Under the pieces are notes generated by a model. That model had not been told where the DNA came from. It did not search any database and saw nothing but the letters and a program-made list of their open reading frames with translations. From Eledone cirrhosa (lineage: Eukaryota): a stretch of 64,000 bases of DNA. Within the stretch, counting starts at the first letter, position 1. Each line of letters starts with the position of its first letter. Position numbers and translations under genes: made by a program. The stretch covers positions 246,450,001-246,514,000 of the forward strand of contig OZ024740.1 in the NCBI GenBank assembly GCA_964016885.1. The letters run 5' to 3'. This document shows, piece by piece, positions 1-14,909 of this stretch.

Positions 1-183
1 TTACCCCTCTATTACTGTTTCCTTAGATTTTGCAAGACCCTTCATTAATATTTCTAAATTAGAAGAAGATATTATCTTTCATGCTAGGAAAACTCTACTC
101 TTTACTAATGAAAGTATTTGGGTTAAAAAGTCAAACCCTGAAAACTCTTTTGATGTTGCAATGGGTTCATATACAGTGCGGAT

Positions 184-504
184 GTGTGTGACTTAGTAGG
201 ATTATTCCTTCTCCACACCCTTAAAGAGAAATTTCCTTCCCATAATATCGGTTTATATCGTGACGACGGATTGGCAGTTTCTCATACCACAAACGGCCAT
301 AACCTTGATAAATTCCGTAAAGATTTAATCAATACTTTTGCTAATCTAAACCTTAAAATTACTATAGATACGAACCTTACCAATGCTAACTTTCTTGACA
401 TTAATCTTGATCTACTTACTGCCTCTTTTAAACCTTATCATAAACCTAACGAAAATCTTAGATATATACACAAAGAGTCTTGCCATCCCCCTATAGTTTT
501 TTAA
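184..504 (+). pseudogene. PLE reverse transcriptase fragment (YRDD)
   Basis: ORF track: IGLYRDDGLA, NFLDINLDL, YIHKESCHPP; broken frame on both sides. Confidence 0.85.
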
Positions 505-585
505 AAATCTCATTCCCAATATTAGCCGTAGGATTTATACCTTATCTTCGTCTCTAGACATTTTTAACAAACCGCCCCTTATTAT

Positions 586-1353
586 ATGAAAGCCCTCAAT
601 AACAGCGGCTTTACAGAACACATTAAATATTTACCTACTCCTCCCCATAAAACTAATCACAATAATAGGAAAAGGAAAATTATTTGGTTTACACCCCCCT
701 TCTCTCTAACTGTCAAAACTAATGTAGGAAGGAAATTCCTTGACCTCTTAGACAAACATTGTCCTCCTAATTATAGATATTATAAGATATTTAATAGAAA
801 TGTAGTTAAAATCAGTTACTCTTGCTGCCCATCAATGAAGTCTAAAATCACCAATTCTAATCGTACGAGAATAAATCCAGGATGCAGTTGCAGGAAGCCG
901 GATGAATGCCCATTACAGGGCAAATGTAAGACCAAATCCGTTGTATATGAGGCCAAAGTGACACCTTTTATTAATAACCAGCCATCCAGGAGTGAACGAT
1001 ATGTTGGCATGACTCAGGACAGGTTCAAAACCAGGTTTTATGCACATGTCGCTTCTTTTAAACACTCTGATAAAAGAACAGCAACGGCTCTCGCAAATAA
1101 GGTGTGGGAATTCAAAGATAAAAACATCCCGTACTCTATCGATTGGTCTATTTTAGACCATTCGAGGGAATACCAAAGAGGCACAAAGAATTGTTCTTTG
1201 TGTACCACTGAAAAATTTAGGATTCTACAAAACTTGAAAGCCACTTCAACTTGCCTGAACTCCAAGACCGAGATCTTCAGATGTTGTCCTCATCAGAAAT
1301 CACATCTGATCTGTAACTGGATTGACATTCCTACGATGACTCAACCGCCTTAA
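586..1353 (+). pseudogene. PLE thumb/linker + GIY-YIG endonuclease
   Basis: ORF track: CSCRKPDECPLQGKC, SVVYEA, RYVGMT, FKTRFYAH, CSLCTTEK, LNSKTEIFRCCPH. Confidence 0.9.
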
Positions 1354-1575
1354 ACTTCTTTTCTGCTCTCTACGGTTTACATCCACTACGATTTTTATTA
1401 CTTTCTGAACTCACTTTCTGTACTCTTATATTCTTTTTCTCCATTATCTCCCCTTATATTTAAACTTTTTCCTATGTTATTTATTTTCCTTATTCCCCCT
1501 ACTTTCTACCTTACCCTTTACATACCCACCTTTTTTATTTATAGATATTTATTTCTGCGTGTATGTATGTGTTGC

Positions 1576-1636
<61 letters not shown>

Positions 1637-2204
1637 CATATAGTTATATATATCTGTATGTATATGTCTGTGTGTATATAATTATATATATCTGTATGTA
1701 TATGTATGTGTGTATATATATATGTGTGTGTGTGTGTGTATTTTTATTAAAGTGGTGACGTAACTTTTTATTAAAGTGGTGACGTAACTATGTGTGTATA
1801 TTAGTGTGTGTGTGCATATGTGTATTTTTATGTGTGTGTATATATTTATATATACACACACATAATAGTCGTCGAAACGGCTTGAGCTCTGCCGTCGGGG
1901 TCATACTTTTCCTATATATATATATATATATATGTATATATGTGTGTATTTGTATGGTTGTGTGTGTGTGTGTATACATATATATGTGTATGTATATGCA
2001 TAATTACATACAGAGTGATTTAATGTTTATTTTCATTGATTATTTGCTCCAGGAACTTGTTGAGTGCTCTAAATCAGCTATAAACATTTATACCTTTATC
2101 TATTTATTTATTTATTATTTGTCGTATTCCCAACTATTTGTTCACCCCTTCCACCTTTTTATTTTTATATATATATATATAGTATTTTCTTTTATATATA
2201 TATG

Positions 2205-3200
2205 TAACTTTAAACCTTAACACAGGTCTTTATTATCCATTTCTTAAAATAAACGAGAACTTAAACTACGTTAATTTTAATTCCAATCACCCCAGATCCG
2301 TTAAAAACACTATAGTAAACTCTGTGCAGCAACGTATTTCTTGAATTTCAGCTAATAAGAATATTTTTGAAGATAAAGCGCAATATTATAACGAAGCGTT
2401 AGATAGAGCTGTATATAGTAATACAATTAAATACATTGATAGTAATGATATGACAAATAACCATCATTTTAACAACTATAATAGAAAACCTTACAATAAT
2501 TCGAAAAACAAAAAAGAAATAGAACTAGGAATATATTATGGTTTGCTCCTCCTTTCTCATTAAGTATTAAAACTCCTATTGCTAAATTATTCTTTAAAGC
2601 TCTAGATAAATGCTTCCCTAGAACACATAGGTATTACTCAATATTTAATAGACATACTATAAAATTAACGTATTCAACCACCAGTAATTTAGCGCAGAAT
2701 ATTAATAGAATTAATAATAGAAACTTAAAACCAACCAGAATACCATTAATAACACCCGTAATATCCAACTGAGTAATACGGCACATAGAAACTCAAATTT
2801 TGATAAATGTAACTGTAGAAATAAATCTAACTGTCCGTTAAATAACAATTGTTTAGTTTAAAATATAGTATATAATTTAAATTCATTTAATTACGTAGGC
2901 TCTACCTCCACAGATTTTAAGTCCCGTTTTAATAACCATAAATGCTCTTTTACGAATATAAATAAAAAATCTTCAACTTCTCTATCTAATTTACTATGGG
3001 ACCTAAAATCAAAGAACACTAACTATTCTTTACTTTGGAATATTATCTCCAAAGCTCCTCCATTCAATGCTTCTTCTGAAAATTGTGCTCTTTGTATAGA
3101 GGAAATATTCTTTATATTAAAAAGTAAGAATTCTGTTAATTTAAGAAATAATCTTTTCAGTTCTTGCAAACATAGATTGAACTCAACGTTTAAATATATA
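2205..3200 (+). mobile_element. Decayed Naiad-like PLE 3' half (thumb, linker, GIY-YIG)
   Basis: Hand translation across stops gives NFNSNHPRSV, ILWFAPPFS, IFNRHTIKLTYS, CNCRNKSNCPLNNNCL, YVGST, CALCIEE, CKH. Confidence 0.8.
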
Positions 3201-3516
3201 TATAAAATGTAATACATAACTCATCTTTATTAAACCTATCGATAATTCATTAGATTCCTTTATATGACTGCTTATATCTCTCTTAAAAAGATTTTTTCTT
3301 GAAAAACTTTTCTTGATAAACGTAGTGAAAGATTTGAAGAAGGAGTTTTTTTTGAAAATTCCTATGATGGCTATAATTCATAATTCATATTTTATACTGC
3401 GTATTTTATTTTCTATATTCTTATATTCTTTTTAAAAATTATAATTCATTTTTTAAATTATAATTCATATTTTATATTGTGTATTTTGTATTTATGTATT
3501 TTTCTAATGCTTAATG

Positions 3517-5526
<2,010 letters not shown>

Positions 5527-5614
5527 CATATATATGTATATATATGTATATATTTATATATATATGTATATCAAAATGAAAATCCGAAGGCAAGGTAAAA
5601 TTCCAAACATTTAA

Positions 5615-5688
5615 TCACGACACATGTTTCAATAAGAGATAGATCGATTGTGGAGCCATGATCGATTATCACCGATCTCATCAGGTGA
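5615..5688 (-). ncRNA. Type I hammerhead ribozyme (PLE-type, long stem II)
   Basis: Minus strand: TCAC-CTGATGA-[stem II]-GAAAC-ATGT-GTC-GTGA; stem I TCAC/GTGA, GUC cleavage triplet, palindromic ACATGT in stem III. Confidence 0.75.
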
Positions 5689-5933
5689 AAATGAATTGTC
5701 TTCAAATTCTTGATATGAGGGTGAAAAAATAACGATGTTCTCTCACAGAATTCATTCCCTCATATGAGGGAATTAAATGATTGGAATTTTACCTTGCATT
5801 CGGATTTTCATTTTGATACTTTTACTCCGTTTTACATCATCTAGCTGTTCCCTCGAATGGAATTGGAGATATACAAAAGCGTGGAGAAATTAATATTGCT
5901 AACATAAAGTTATTGGACCATTTTACACAACCA

Positions 5934-6029
5934 ATAATTGTTTCTACTTTAGGCACAAGGCCAGAAATTACCAGTGCATTACTGGTACTTTATTTTATCG
6001 ACCCCGTAAGGATGAAAGGCAAAGTCAAC
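5934..6029 (-). mobile_element. SINE family 1 (tRNA head, Nin-like core), 3' fragment
   Basis: Reverse complement of GCCTTTCATCCTTACGGGGTCGATAAAATAAAGTACCAG...AGTAGAAACAATTATT, shared with full copies. Confidence 0.8.
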
Positions 6030-6081
6030 CAACCAATAATGCACCTTACTATATAACAACTATATATATATACATATATAT

Positions 6082-6198
<117 letters not shown>

Positions 6199-6202
6199 GT
6201 GT

Positions 6203-6320
6203 GAAGGCGTGTGGCTGAGTGGTTGGAGAATTGGATTCACAATCTTGAGGTTGTGAGTTCGATTCCTGGACCGGGCGATGCCTCATGTCCTTGAGCAAGA
6301 CATTTTATTTCACGTTGCTC
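6203..6320 (+). mobile_element. SINE family 2 (tRNA-derived head)
   Basis: A-box TGGCTGAGTGG, B-box GTTCGATTCC, then GTCCTTGAGCAAGACA..TTTCACGTTGCTCC as at 22089 and 46338. Confidence 0.7.
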
Positions 6321-6431
6321 CTTCTACCTGGAATTGCGACCGATAGATAGTATTAGCAATTGGAAAGACCAATGGAAACATTGTTTCCTCGGTCCGATTT
6401 GACGAAAGTCGATCAACTGTCGATATATATA

Positions 6432-6471
<40 letters not shown>

Positions 6472-6476
<5 letters not shown>

Positions 6477-6818
6477 ATAATAATAAATTTGAAGACTAAA
6501 ATCCAAAGAGGGCTCGATAAGGATAAATATATATCAAATATATAAGAACCGTAGAGCAAATATTTATTAAAATAACAGATTAATGTTTAACCAAAGAATC
6601 GCTGCTTTCACCCTTAACGGGATCTTCTGAAACTAACAAAGTCAATCTGTAAACGCAGAAGTGGATATTTCAAAAAACGTTGCAACCGGAGCAAGACAGG
6701 AAGACGATACTTTGGTTCGTGGAAACGTTCCCTGGCAAAGAACGGGAAAAAAAGAATATAATACGTCATTAATAGTGAAAGCAGCGATTCTTTGCTTAAA
6801 CTTTAATCTGTTATTTTA

Positions 6819-6820
<2 letters not shown>
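6472..6820 (-). repeat. Second copy of the PLE pLTR at 3627-3929, followed by a short inverted piece
   Basis: ~300 bp near-identical to 3627-3929; 6775-6820 is the reverse complement of about 6566-6611. Confidence 0.8.
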
Positions 6821-6859
<39 letters not shown>

Positions 6860-7020
6860 AAAATAAGAAAAAAGTAGAACATGCTAATAGAATTTTCTCA
6901 TAGAAATACAGAAAAAACATTTTCTAAAAAGCAATCTATATCACCGGTTTTATATTCTGTAATATCCTTTTCTAATTAATATACACCTTAACCTTACTAT
7001 ATACGTTTTATCATATTTCC

Positions 7021-7068
7021 TGTAGTACGAAGAAGTCGAAATATTTATCGACTGAAACCGGTACTATA
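7021..7068 (+). ncRNA. Degenerate minimal hammerhead motif
   Basis: TGTAG-TACGAAGA-AGTCGA[AATATTTA]TCGACT-GAAA-CCGG-TA-CTATA; stems and ACCGGT palindrome intact, CUGA box altered. Confidence 0.5.
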
Positions 7069-7508
7069 AACTGTTTAAAAAAAATTTTTTTTGTTTTTCT
7101 ATGAGAACAGTTTTCTACTTTTTTCTTATTTTCCTAATATATAGCAACACGTGCCATGTATATATATATGAAATATATATAGTTTTTCACAAAAACAATA
7201 TAAACAGTTAAAAGGTGGAGAGGTGAAACACGGCTCAGATTAGAGTAATTTATCATAAAAAACAAAACAAAAGGCTATGTATCAACCCTTCTGCAAGAAT
7301 TTTCCAGAAATCTATGTATACAAACTCCTATTAGACCAAAAACAACGATTACACTAGAAGCAAATTTTTCATTAAAAAAAGACACCAAATACATCACATT
7401 AAATGCTGATTAACGAACGTTTCATGACCTCCTGGGACATTTCAAAATCAGATATTTAATATAGAAACCTCATTATAATCTCACCGCAATATATTACAGC
7501 CACCGGCC

Positions 7509-7600
<92 letters not shown>

Positions 7601-7744
7601 ATACTTTGGGAGGGTCATGTTGCCAATAAGAAACACACGCACCAGTTGCTTTCACTTCAATTTATTATAATAAATTTATAATAAATTTATAAATTTATAA
7701 ATTTCTGGTTGGTTGGTTCCACAACCAGATAGTTGTTTATATAT

Positions 7745-7789
7745 AGTCATAGTTCTTTCGTCACACACTCTGTGACCTCTTCAGTGACT
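7745..7789 (-). ncRNA. Minimal type I hammerhead ribozyme in the PLE pLTR
   Basis: AGTCA-CTGAAGA-G-GTCACA[GAGTG]TGTGAC-GAAA-GAAC-TA-TGACT; canonical core, 5-bp stem I, 6-bp stem II. Confidence 0.85.
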
Positions 7790-7989
7790 GGGGATTCCTT
7801 TCTTTGTTTCTGTGCCTCTCCTTTGTTCTGTCCTACGCCATTTTGTTTCTGTGTGTGTGTTGTGTGCTCAGTCTGCGCATGCGCCACATCCGGGTGTCTG
7901 TGTGTGTTTATGTTCATTTATTTATTTGTTTATTTACATGTTACTGGTTGGTTGTTTGTTCTATGTGTGTGTGTGTTTTCATTTTGTCC

Positions 7990-8259
7990 TTAATTGTAAG
8001 TTGTGATGTTGCTGTTCCACTCATATTTTCTATTTAATTTTGGTTGTAATTCTTTTATGTTTATTGCCTCTGTAATTTGTCTAAACATTGCGTCTTTTCT
8101 GTGTGTAGATTCTATTTTTATTTTTATGTTCTCTAATTTACCCTTGTGTTCTATTTCAGCATGTTGGTAGAGTACAGATGATTCTTTATTATCTTGAAGG
8201 TCTCGCCAGTGTTCATTTATCCGTTCCCCTACACTACGGGCTGTCTCACCTATGTACAC
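7990..8259 (-). pseudogene. PLE GIY-YIG endonuclease C-terminal part
   Basis: YIGETARSVGERINEH, SVLYQHA, RQITEAINI, PKLNRK. Confidence 0.85.
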
Positions 8260-8272
8260 TATATTTTTGTCT

Positions 8273-9439
8273 CTACATTTGTCCTTCAGTACATCTTATG
8301 CTATACACTACATTTTTAGTTTTACAGTTAATATGGGGGCTTATTTTACAGGTTATACATTTCTTATCTATACATGAGGGTCTTTGAAAAGGGTATGTCT
8401 TGCTAATAAGTGTTTTTACGGAGGTACCTGGTCTTTCTACTATCTTAATATTGAGTTTATGTTTATTTAGGGCCCTTCTAAATTTGTAAGCTAATTCACC
8501 TCTAGGGGTTGTATCGGTGAACATTACCCTCTGGTATTTATTACTATCATACCATGAGTTTATTCTATTGGCCTTGTTCCTAGTTCTTTCTATTCTATTC
8601 CAAAATTTGCTCCTATACAAGGGGCAGGTCCCATTTATGTCATTATTTACCATTTTTTCCCATTTGGTTCTGGCTCCTCTATACACTCTGATTTTATCTC
8701 TCTGATTGTAGCCAGAGAATTGCATACGGTGGATGAAGTGTTGTATGTGTCTCTCTAGTTCTTCGGGGTTGCACATGCGGGACACATTTCTCATCACCCG
8801 TACCAAATCCGCAATCAGTATGTTGATTTTGGTATGGTCCGAAACGGCCGAGTTTCGGTGGATCAGATGTTTGGAAGTCATGGGTTTGGCATAATGGGAA
8901 TGGAGGATTTGTTTTTTGTTGTTAATGGTATCTAACCAGAGCTCTGTGTCTAGTACAGGTAATCGATGGTTGGGGTGTTTACTTGGGTAGTCTATAGTAA
9001 CTCTAATGCTCTGGTGGATGGAGTTTGCTATTTGCTGGATGCTTTCCATTGTGTTTTTCTCTAGTTCCTGACTGTTCTCTAGTGGGGGTGTCTTAACTAC
9101 GATGTTTATATCATCTACATAGCGGGAGTACATTATCAGGGTTAAGGGGTCTTCTAATTGTTCTTTAAGTTTAAGTTTAAGTCTACTGTCCCACCATACC
9201 ATGAATAAGTTAGCTATGTCGCCTGCAATGCTAACACCAATGGCTGCTCCTTCCTCTTGGGCATATGTTTTTCCATTAAATTTGAACATATGTTCCTTAA
9301 GGGTTAGTTTTGTGCTGGCCCCTACCGCATGTGCAATCATTTTCTTCAGTTCATCGTGGTTTTCGGGTGTCCGTATGGCTCTGGTCCACCCGTTCCATCT
9401 ATCTGTGTGGGTTTTCTTGGCCATTGAGGTAATGGTCAC
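8273..9439 (-). pseudogene. PLE reverse transcriptase + thumb + Cys linker (5'-truncated, frameshifted before GIY-YIG)
   Basis: QEEGAAIGVSIAGDIANLFM, YSRYVDD, LPVLD, HYAKPMTS, CIDKKCITC..C, NVVYSIRC. Confidence 0.9.
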
Positions 9440-9595
9440 CGATACAACCCCTAGAGGTGAATTAGCTTACAAATTTAGAAGGGCCCTAAATAAACATAAA
9501 CTCAATATTAAGATAGTAGAAAGACCAGGTACCTCCGTAAAAACACTTATTAGCAAGACATACCCTTTTCAAAGACCCCCCTGTATAGATAAGAA

Positions 9596-9964
9596 ATGTA
9601 TAACTGTAAATTAAGCCCCCATATTAACTGTAAAACTAGAAATGTAGTGTATAGCATAAGATGTACTGAAGGACAATGTAGAGACAAAAATATAGTGTAC
9701 ATAGGTGAGACAGCCCGTAGTGTAGGGGAACGGATAAATGAACACTGGCGAGACCTTCAAGATAATAAAGAATCATCTGTACTCTACCAACATGCTAAAA
9801 TAGAACACAAGGGTAAATTAGAGAACATAAAAATAAAAATAGAATCTACACACAGAAAAGACGCAATGTTTAGACAAATTACAGAGGCAATAAACATAAA
9901 AGAATTACAACCAAAATTAAATAGAAAATATGAGTGGAACAGCAACATCACAACTTACAATTAA
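9596..9964 (+). pseudogene. Inverted duplicate of the PLE GIY-YIG domain
   Basis: NVVYSIRC...VYIGETARS, mirror of 7990-8360. Confidence 0.85.
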
Positions 9965-10164
9965 GGACAAAATGAAAACACACACACACATAGAACAAAC
10001 AACCAACCAGTAACATGTAAATAAACAAATAAATAAATGAACATAAACACACACAGACACCCGGATGTGGCGCATGCGCAGACTGAGCACACAACACACA
10101 CACAGAAACAAAATGGCGTAGGACAGAACAAAGGAGAGGCACAGAAACAAAGAAAGGAATCCCC

Positions 10165-10209
10165 AGTCACTGAAGAGGTCACAGAGTGTGTGACGAAAGA
10201 ACTATGACT
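10165..10209 (+). ncRNA. Minimal type I hammerhead ribozyme (mirror of 7745-7789)
   Basis: AGTCA-CTGAAGA-G-GTCACA[GAGTG]TGTGAC-GAAA-GAAC-TA-TGACT, sense to the upstream GIY-YIG ORF. Confidence 0.85.
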
Positions 10210-10491
10210 ATATATAAACAACTATCTGGTTGTGGAACCAACCAACCAACCAGAAATTTATAAATTTATAAATTTATTATAAATTTATTATAATAAATTG
10301 AAGTGAAAGCAACTGGTGCGTGTGTTTCTTATTGGCAACATGACCCTCCCAAAGTATAACAATATCGGTTTCAACACACGATTTCAGATAAAGAATCTTG
10401 CTAAACAAATTCAGAAACGAAATATATATATATATATATATAGAAATTATATAGAAATTACATGAATCAAAGTTCTGTTCAAACCATTTAT

Positions 10492-10540
10492 TCGCTTACA
10501 ATTGTTTCTTCCAAACTGAGGTTTGAAGTCTTCGGAGCAA
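10492..10540 (-). ncRNA. Type I hammerhead ribozyme, U4C core variant
   Basis: TTGCT-CCGAAGA-CTTCAAAC[CTCA]GTTTGGAA-GAAAC-AATT-GTA-AGCGA; palindromic ACAATTGT stem III, GUA triplet. Confidence 0.7.
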
Positions 10541-10681
10541 TTTTTCAATGATTGTTTACATACATGACCTCCTTTCCAACACAAGAGACATACAGAAACA
10601 TATGTATATATGGTTGACATCCATTATAATATTTTAGCATGGCAATTTATATTCAAAGATTAAAATCATACTATATATATA

Positions 10682-10740
<59 letters not shown>

Positions 10741-11397
10741 ACATACATACAAAGATGCGATGTTACTATTAAGAGCAGTAAGAAAAGTCGAGTGTAATTA
10801 TTGTAGGAATTGTCCTACGGTTAAGCGTACACCGTTTGGACAGCATTTGTGTGAATGTGTATGTGTGGGTGTGTGTGTTGTATATGTGTGTGCGTGTGTG
10901 TGAGAGAGTGAGAGTGAGAGAGAGAGAGAGAGTGGAGAGAGAGAGAGAGAGAGAGAGGGGAGAGAGAGAGTGCGGGGGTAGTAATGAAAATGCAATTATG
11001 TACTATGTTATAACAACATTTTTCTCTTAAGAACATTGCAGTTAGTTTTGAAAAGTGAAGATGCAAAATGCATCATAATTATTTCTAAACCTCCATAGCA
11101 TCTTCGTCGGAATGAAGGAATAATGGCAATGCACTACACACAACCCCAAACAAAACTAGATAGGAAAACATTAGACGGCAACCCATCTATGCTCTACAGA
11201 CTTTCCCACAATAATAGACGATTAACGATGCACGTAAAACTCATAACCCAGCACAATGCTCAAATAAATACATTGAAGGGGTAACAGAAATTAGTCAGAT
11301 ACTAAGGTAAACACCTGACTGATATATAAAGGTAGAGAACTGGGAATATTCAGACTGGCGACAATTTATGGCGCAACACACACACGCGCGCGCGCGA

Positions 11398-11456
<59 letters not shown>

Positions 11457-13307
11457 AACTCACAATGCACAGTACAGCTAAAAATGCAGTATACACGTAC
11501 CACAGACTCATAGACATTTAAATAAACTAAACGACACCTATCCACACACTTATACACATAACATACATGCATATATATATATATATATGCACATACATAC
11601 ACGCACGCACACAGATACACCCAGACACACATAGACACACACAAACACGTATCAAACATTTGTAAAACTAAATTTAAAGCGATGCGATCGACAAAAACAC
11701 GAACAGAAACAAATTAAAGGAAGAAGAAATGAAACAACAACAACAACAAAAAAAAGGAGACAAATTGAAGGTAAAAATCACCCCTTCCCCTTCACTCTGT
11801 AATGGTAACCAGGAATTTGATATTTTATGTGAAGTATCCTGGTATTGATATTTGATCGTTCCTTGACGACATGAAGACAGATCAATCAATAACTACTGCT
11901 TGTTAGTAATAGGACCTAAAGAGAGATATATGTATGTATGTTCTTCTGGTTTTATAATTTCACACATTTTTACCAATAGAGAGAGAGTCGGTTTCTAACA
12001 TAGACACAAGACTCTCTCATTGGAATTTACTCAACATTAACTAGGTAGATATGTATGCATGTGTGCATGCATGCATGTGTAGATATGGCTGTTATTGTAT
12101 GTGTGGATGTAGATATTTTGAGTTGTATGTGTGCATGTGTATATGAAATTATTAGATGCAACATTTTTGGAATGTTTTACATAGTTTTACTGTTTCATTA
12201 ATGGATTGTACTTGTAATTTCCTAACTAGTTGTGTTCTTTCCGTTACTGTGAAGGCCAGCTTCTCAAGATTTGTATTGAGGCAGTTACTAACATATCCCA
12301 GTGCCCCAATAATCTCAGGAAGAAATCTGAAGGTGTAATCAGGGTGGAGTATCTGCAGATTTCTCATTAGTTCTGCATAAATATTCTCCTTTTCGTTAAT
12401 CTTTGATATTATATTGGCATCTGCTGGGCAACTAACTTCCACTACTGTACATGCCTTCTTTTCGCTGTTCCATATTATCATATCTGCATTTTATTGGGGT
12501 TTTTACTGGAACATTCCACCAGTACTCTTTCACATTATGTATATGTATGTCTTCCACAATGCTGTAGCTTTTAATGTGTTTATTATCGGGGCTATCTTTT
12601 CTACGGATTGCATTGTACAGTGTTTTGGCCACTACATCATGCCTCATAGGTAGATAGTACCGCGATGACATCTTTGGACAGCTGCTTATGACATGGGGGA
12701 CATCTTCGATGTTAATTCTGCAGAGTCTGCACTTGTTATCACATCTAGGTGTTTTTTCTGCACCCCTATCTCTTTTGTGAATCAGGTATGTCGTGTTGAT
12801 TTCCTGTTCTTGAATTGTAAAAGCGCATCCTTCAAAGTGGGAACCAATATAGCGGTTGTTGGTCTAAGATAAACTACTTTGTTTATCTATATTACTCTCA
12901 CTCTGGAGCTTCCTGACAACATATCCATGCATGATTTTTTTGTTGATAAGCATACAGTTTTTCATCCATGGATTCACTGCGATACTGCTGAGCGAATTCC
13001 AAGAGTGTGAGTTTTTGATTATCAAACAGGGAATATCTTTCGAGGAGGTCCTTCCCAACTCTGATGATCTTATCTGCCTCATGCAGATAGACTTGCTCGC
13101 GAGACGAGCTCCTACGCTTCGAGGTTCGTAAATGTTGTCGGAGGGATATGATGCGACATTCAAATGCTGTCTGGACTGATGTTAAACCTCTGCCTCCCTG
13201 CTTACGTTTCAAGTAAAGGCGGTCTATGTCACTGTTGATGTGGAAGTTTCCGGTGTTGTTTAGTATTTTTCGAGTTCTAACATCAATGGTCGGATTTCGT
13301 CTATCGT

Positions 13308-14909
13308 CTAATCGAGTATTCCAAACGTTGGTGTTAGGACAGGCACAGCAAACACATTGTGAGCCACTGTTTTGTTGTGCGCAGAGAGTTCCGATGACCA
13401 TAATTTTCTGAATCGGGTGTAGTATTCCCTGGTTACGCGTTCCTTATTACAGATACCATTATAGGATATGTTCTCATCTATCCCCCGGTATCTGTAGCAG
13501 TCCTCATCAGATATTGATGAAACAGTTAGGCCATTGATACAAATGTTGCTAGATTGGGCTGTTGTTTTTCCCCGCTTTACAGTCATGTATAAGCATTTAT
13601 CTTGGCCAAACTCCATTCCTATATCCTTTGAGAACGTTGTAACCAGGTCAAGATTTCTTTTCATCCCATCTATGTTCTTGGCATAGAGTTTCAGATCGTC
13701 CACAGAGAAATTATGGGTTAGGTTCGTATTTTTGTCCTCCTGTGAGCCAATGATGTATCCTTCACATATCTTGAGCAGAAAGGACAAGGGGTTTAATGAC
13801 AGGATGAATAATATCACAGAGAGACTGTCTCCTTGAAATATACCTCTGTGATATTCTATTTTATCAGTGAAAATAGAGTCCTCCCTCTCTGTCCTTAACT
13901 TTAGGATAGTAGCCCAAGAAGAAGACAGCTTCTCTATGGCTCTGATAATAATGTCTGGGACTTTAGCAAGTTGGAGGGCCTCTATCATCCAAGAATGGGG
14001 AAGAGAATCGAAAGCTTTCCTGTAGTCCGGCCAGACTGTAGCCATATTCCTCCTAAGTTGTCGCACGTCCGACATCGCAGTTTTGTTGATTAGGAGTTGT
14101 TTAGCACATTCCAGCTGCTTGTTCATTTGTGAAGATGTTATTCCGCCGAGGTTAACTTTGCCTTTCATCCTTACGGGGTCGATAAAATAAAGTACCAGTA
14201 ATGCACGGAGGTTATTGCTGGCCTTGTGCCAAACGTAGAAACAGTTATTATTTTCACTGTGATCTTGGAGGAATAGGTTCAGGCAGGCTGTATACATCTT
14301 ATACATCAGGTTCTGGCATGCAATGGGTCGGTAGTTTTTTTCCAAGTGGATGTTTTTGTTCTTGGGGACCAGTAATGTTTGTGCTAATGCCAACCATTCT
14401 GATATAAGTGTATCTCCCTTAAGAACTTGTTGGTAGAAGTCGGTACGATACCGCCGATAGAATATCAGTTTTTTGTACCAGTAGCCGACAATCATGTCTC
14501 TGCTTGGTGTTTTCTTATTTTGGAGTTTTCCTATCACAGTCACAAGGGTACCCTCACTTATTTCGTATGTTTTTGTTGTAGTGTGGGAGAAATAGTTCTT
14601 TTGGATTTCTTTTAGCCACACTGCATCTTGGTTGAAATTCTTCTTTTCACCCCATATTTTGCTCCAAAAGGAATCTATGTCTTTCTGGGATGGGGCCTCA
14701 GTGACACTTATTATTTTGCCCTTCATATCTCTATAGACTGATGTTTGGTTTCGTCTGAATCTTTTATTAAGCAGTTTTCTCTCATCTACCTTCTTCAGGT
14801 ATCGGCGTTTTTCGCTAATAGCTCTCAATTCTTGTTTGAGGGTGATCAGCTTATATTGGAGAGTTCTGGTTCTACTGTTACCAAACATCGTCTCTATTTT
14901 ATTTTTCAC
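13308..14909 (-). pseudogene. R4-like reverse transcriptase, interrupted by a SINE fragment
   Basis: 533-aa ORF with RT motifs; the foreign block [14 protein letters not shown] is antisense SINE. Confidence 0.85.
14143..14250 (+). mobile_element. SINE family 1, 5'-truncated, inside the R4-like RT
   Basis: Core and tail match other copies; absent from the paralogous RT at about 28590-28620. Confidence 0.85.

Larger units (their letters stand above)
1..1560 (+). mobile_element. Penelope-like element, Naiad-like, frameshifted RT + GIY-YIG endonuclease with T-rich 3' UTR
   Basis: RT motifs FDVAMGS/GLYRDD/FLDI/PYHKPN, linker KRKIIWFTPPFS, CxCxxxxxCPL, VVY..YVG and C-terminal CxLC..C.H. Confidence 0.9.
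7594..10365. mobile_element. PLE insertion: 5'-truncated minus-strand copy (9439 to 7594) joined head-to-head to an inverted copy of its own 3' ~930 bp (9436-10365)
   Basis: 7594-8520 is a near-perfect reverse complement of 9436-10365; RT YVDD, Cys-rich linker, GIY-YIG, and a hammerhead in each arm. Confidence 0.93.

Noticed and set aside
1474-2220. ORFs rich in YIYI/CVCV/THTH/ERER/SLSL here and throughout the window
   Set aside because: They are translations of (TA)n, (CA)n and (GA)n microsatellites with no coding signal.
586-3200. Possible selenoprotein-type Naiad (in-frame TGA plus SECIS)
   Set aside because: I find no TGA at conserved Cys positions. The TGA near 2342 aligns with a non-Cys residue in the 62770 paralogue, and no convincing SECIS follows the ORF.
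7405-7452. Minus-strand GAAACGTTC hammerhead-like remnant
   Set aside because: The CUGANGA box is too degraded to call.
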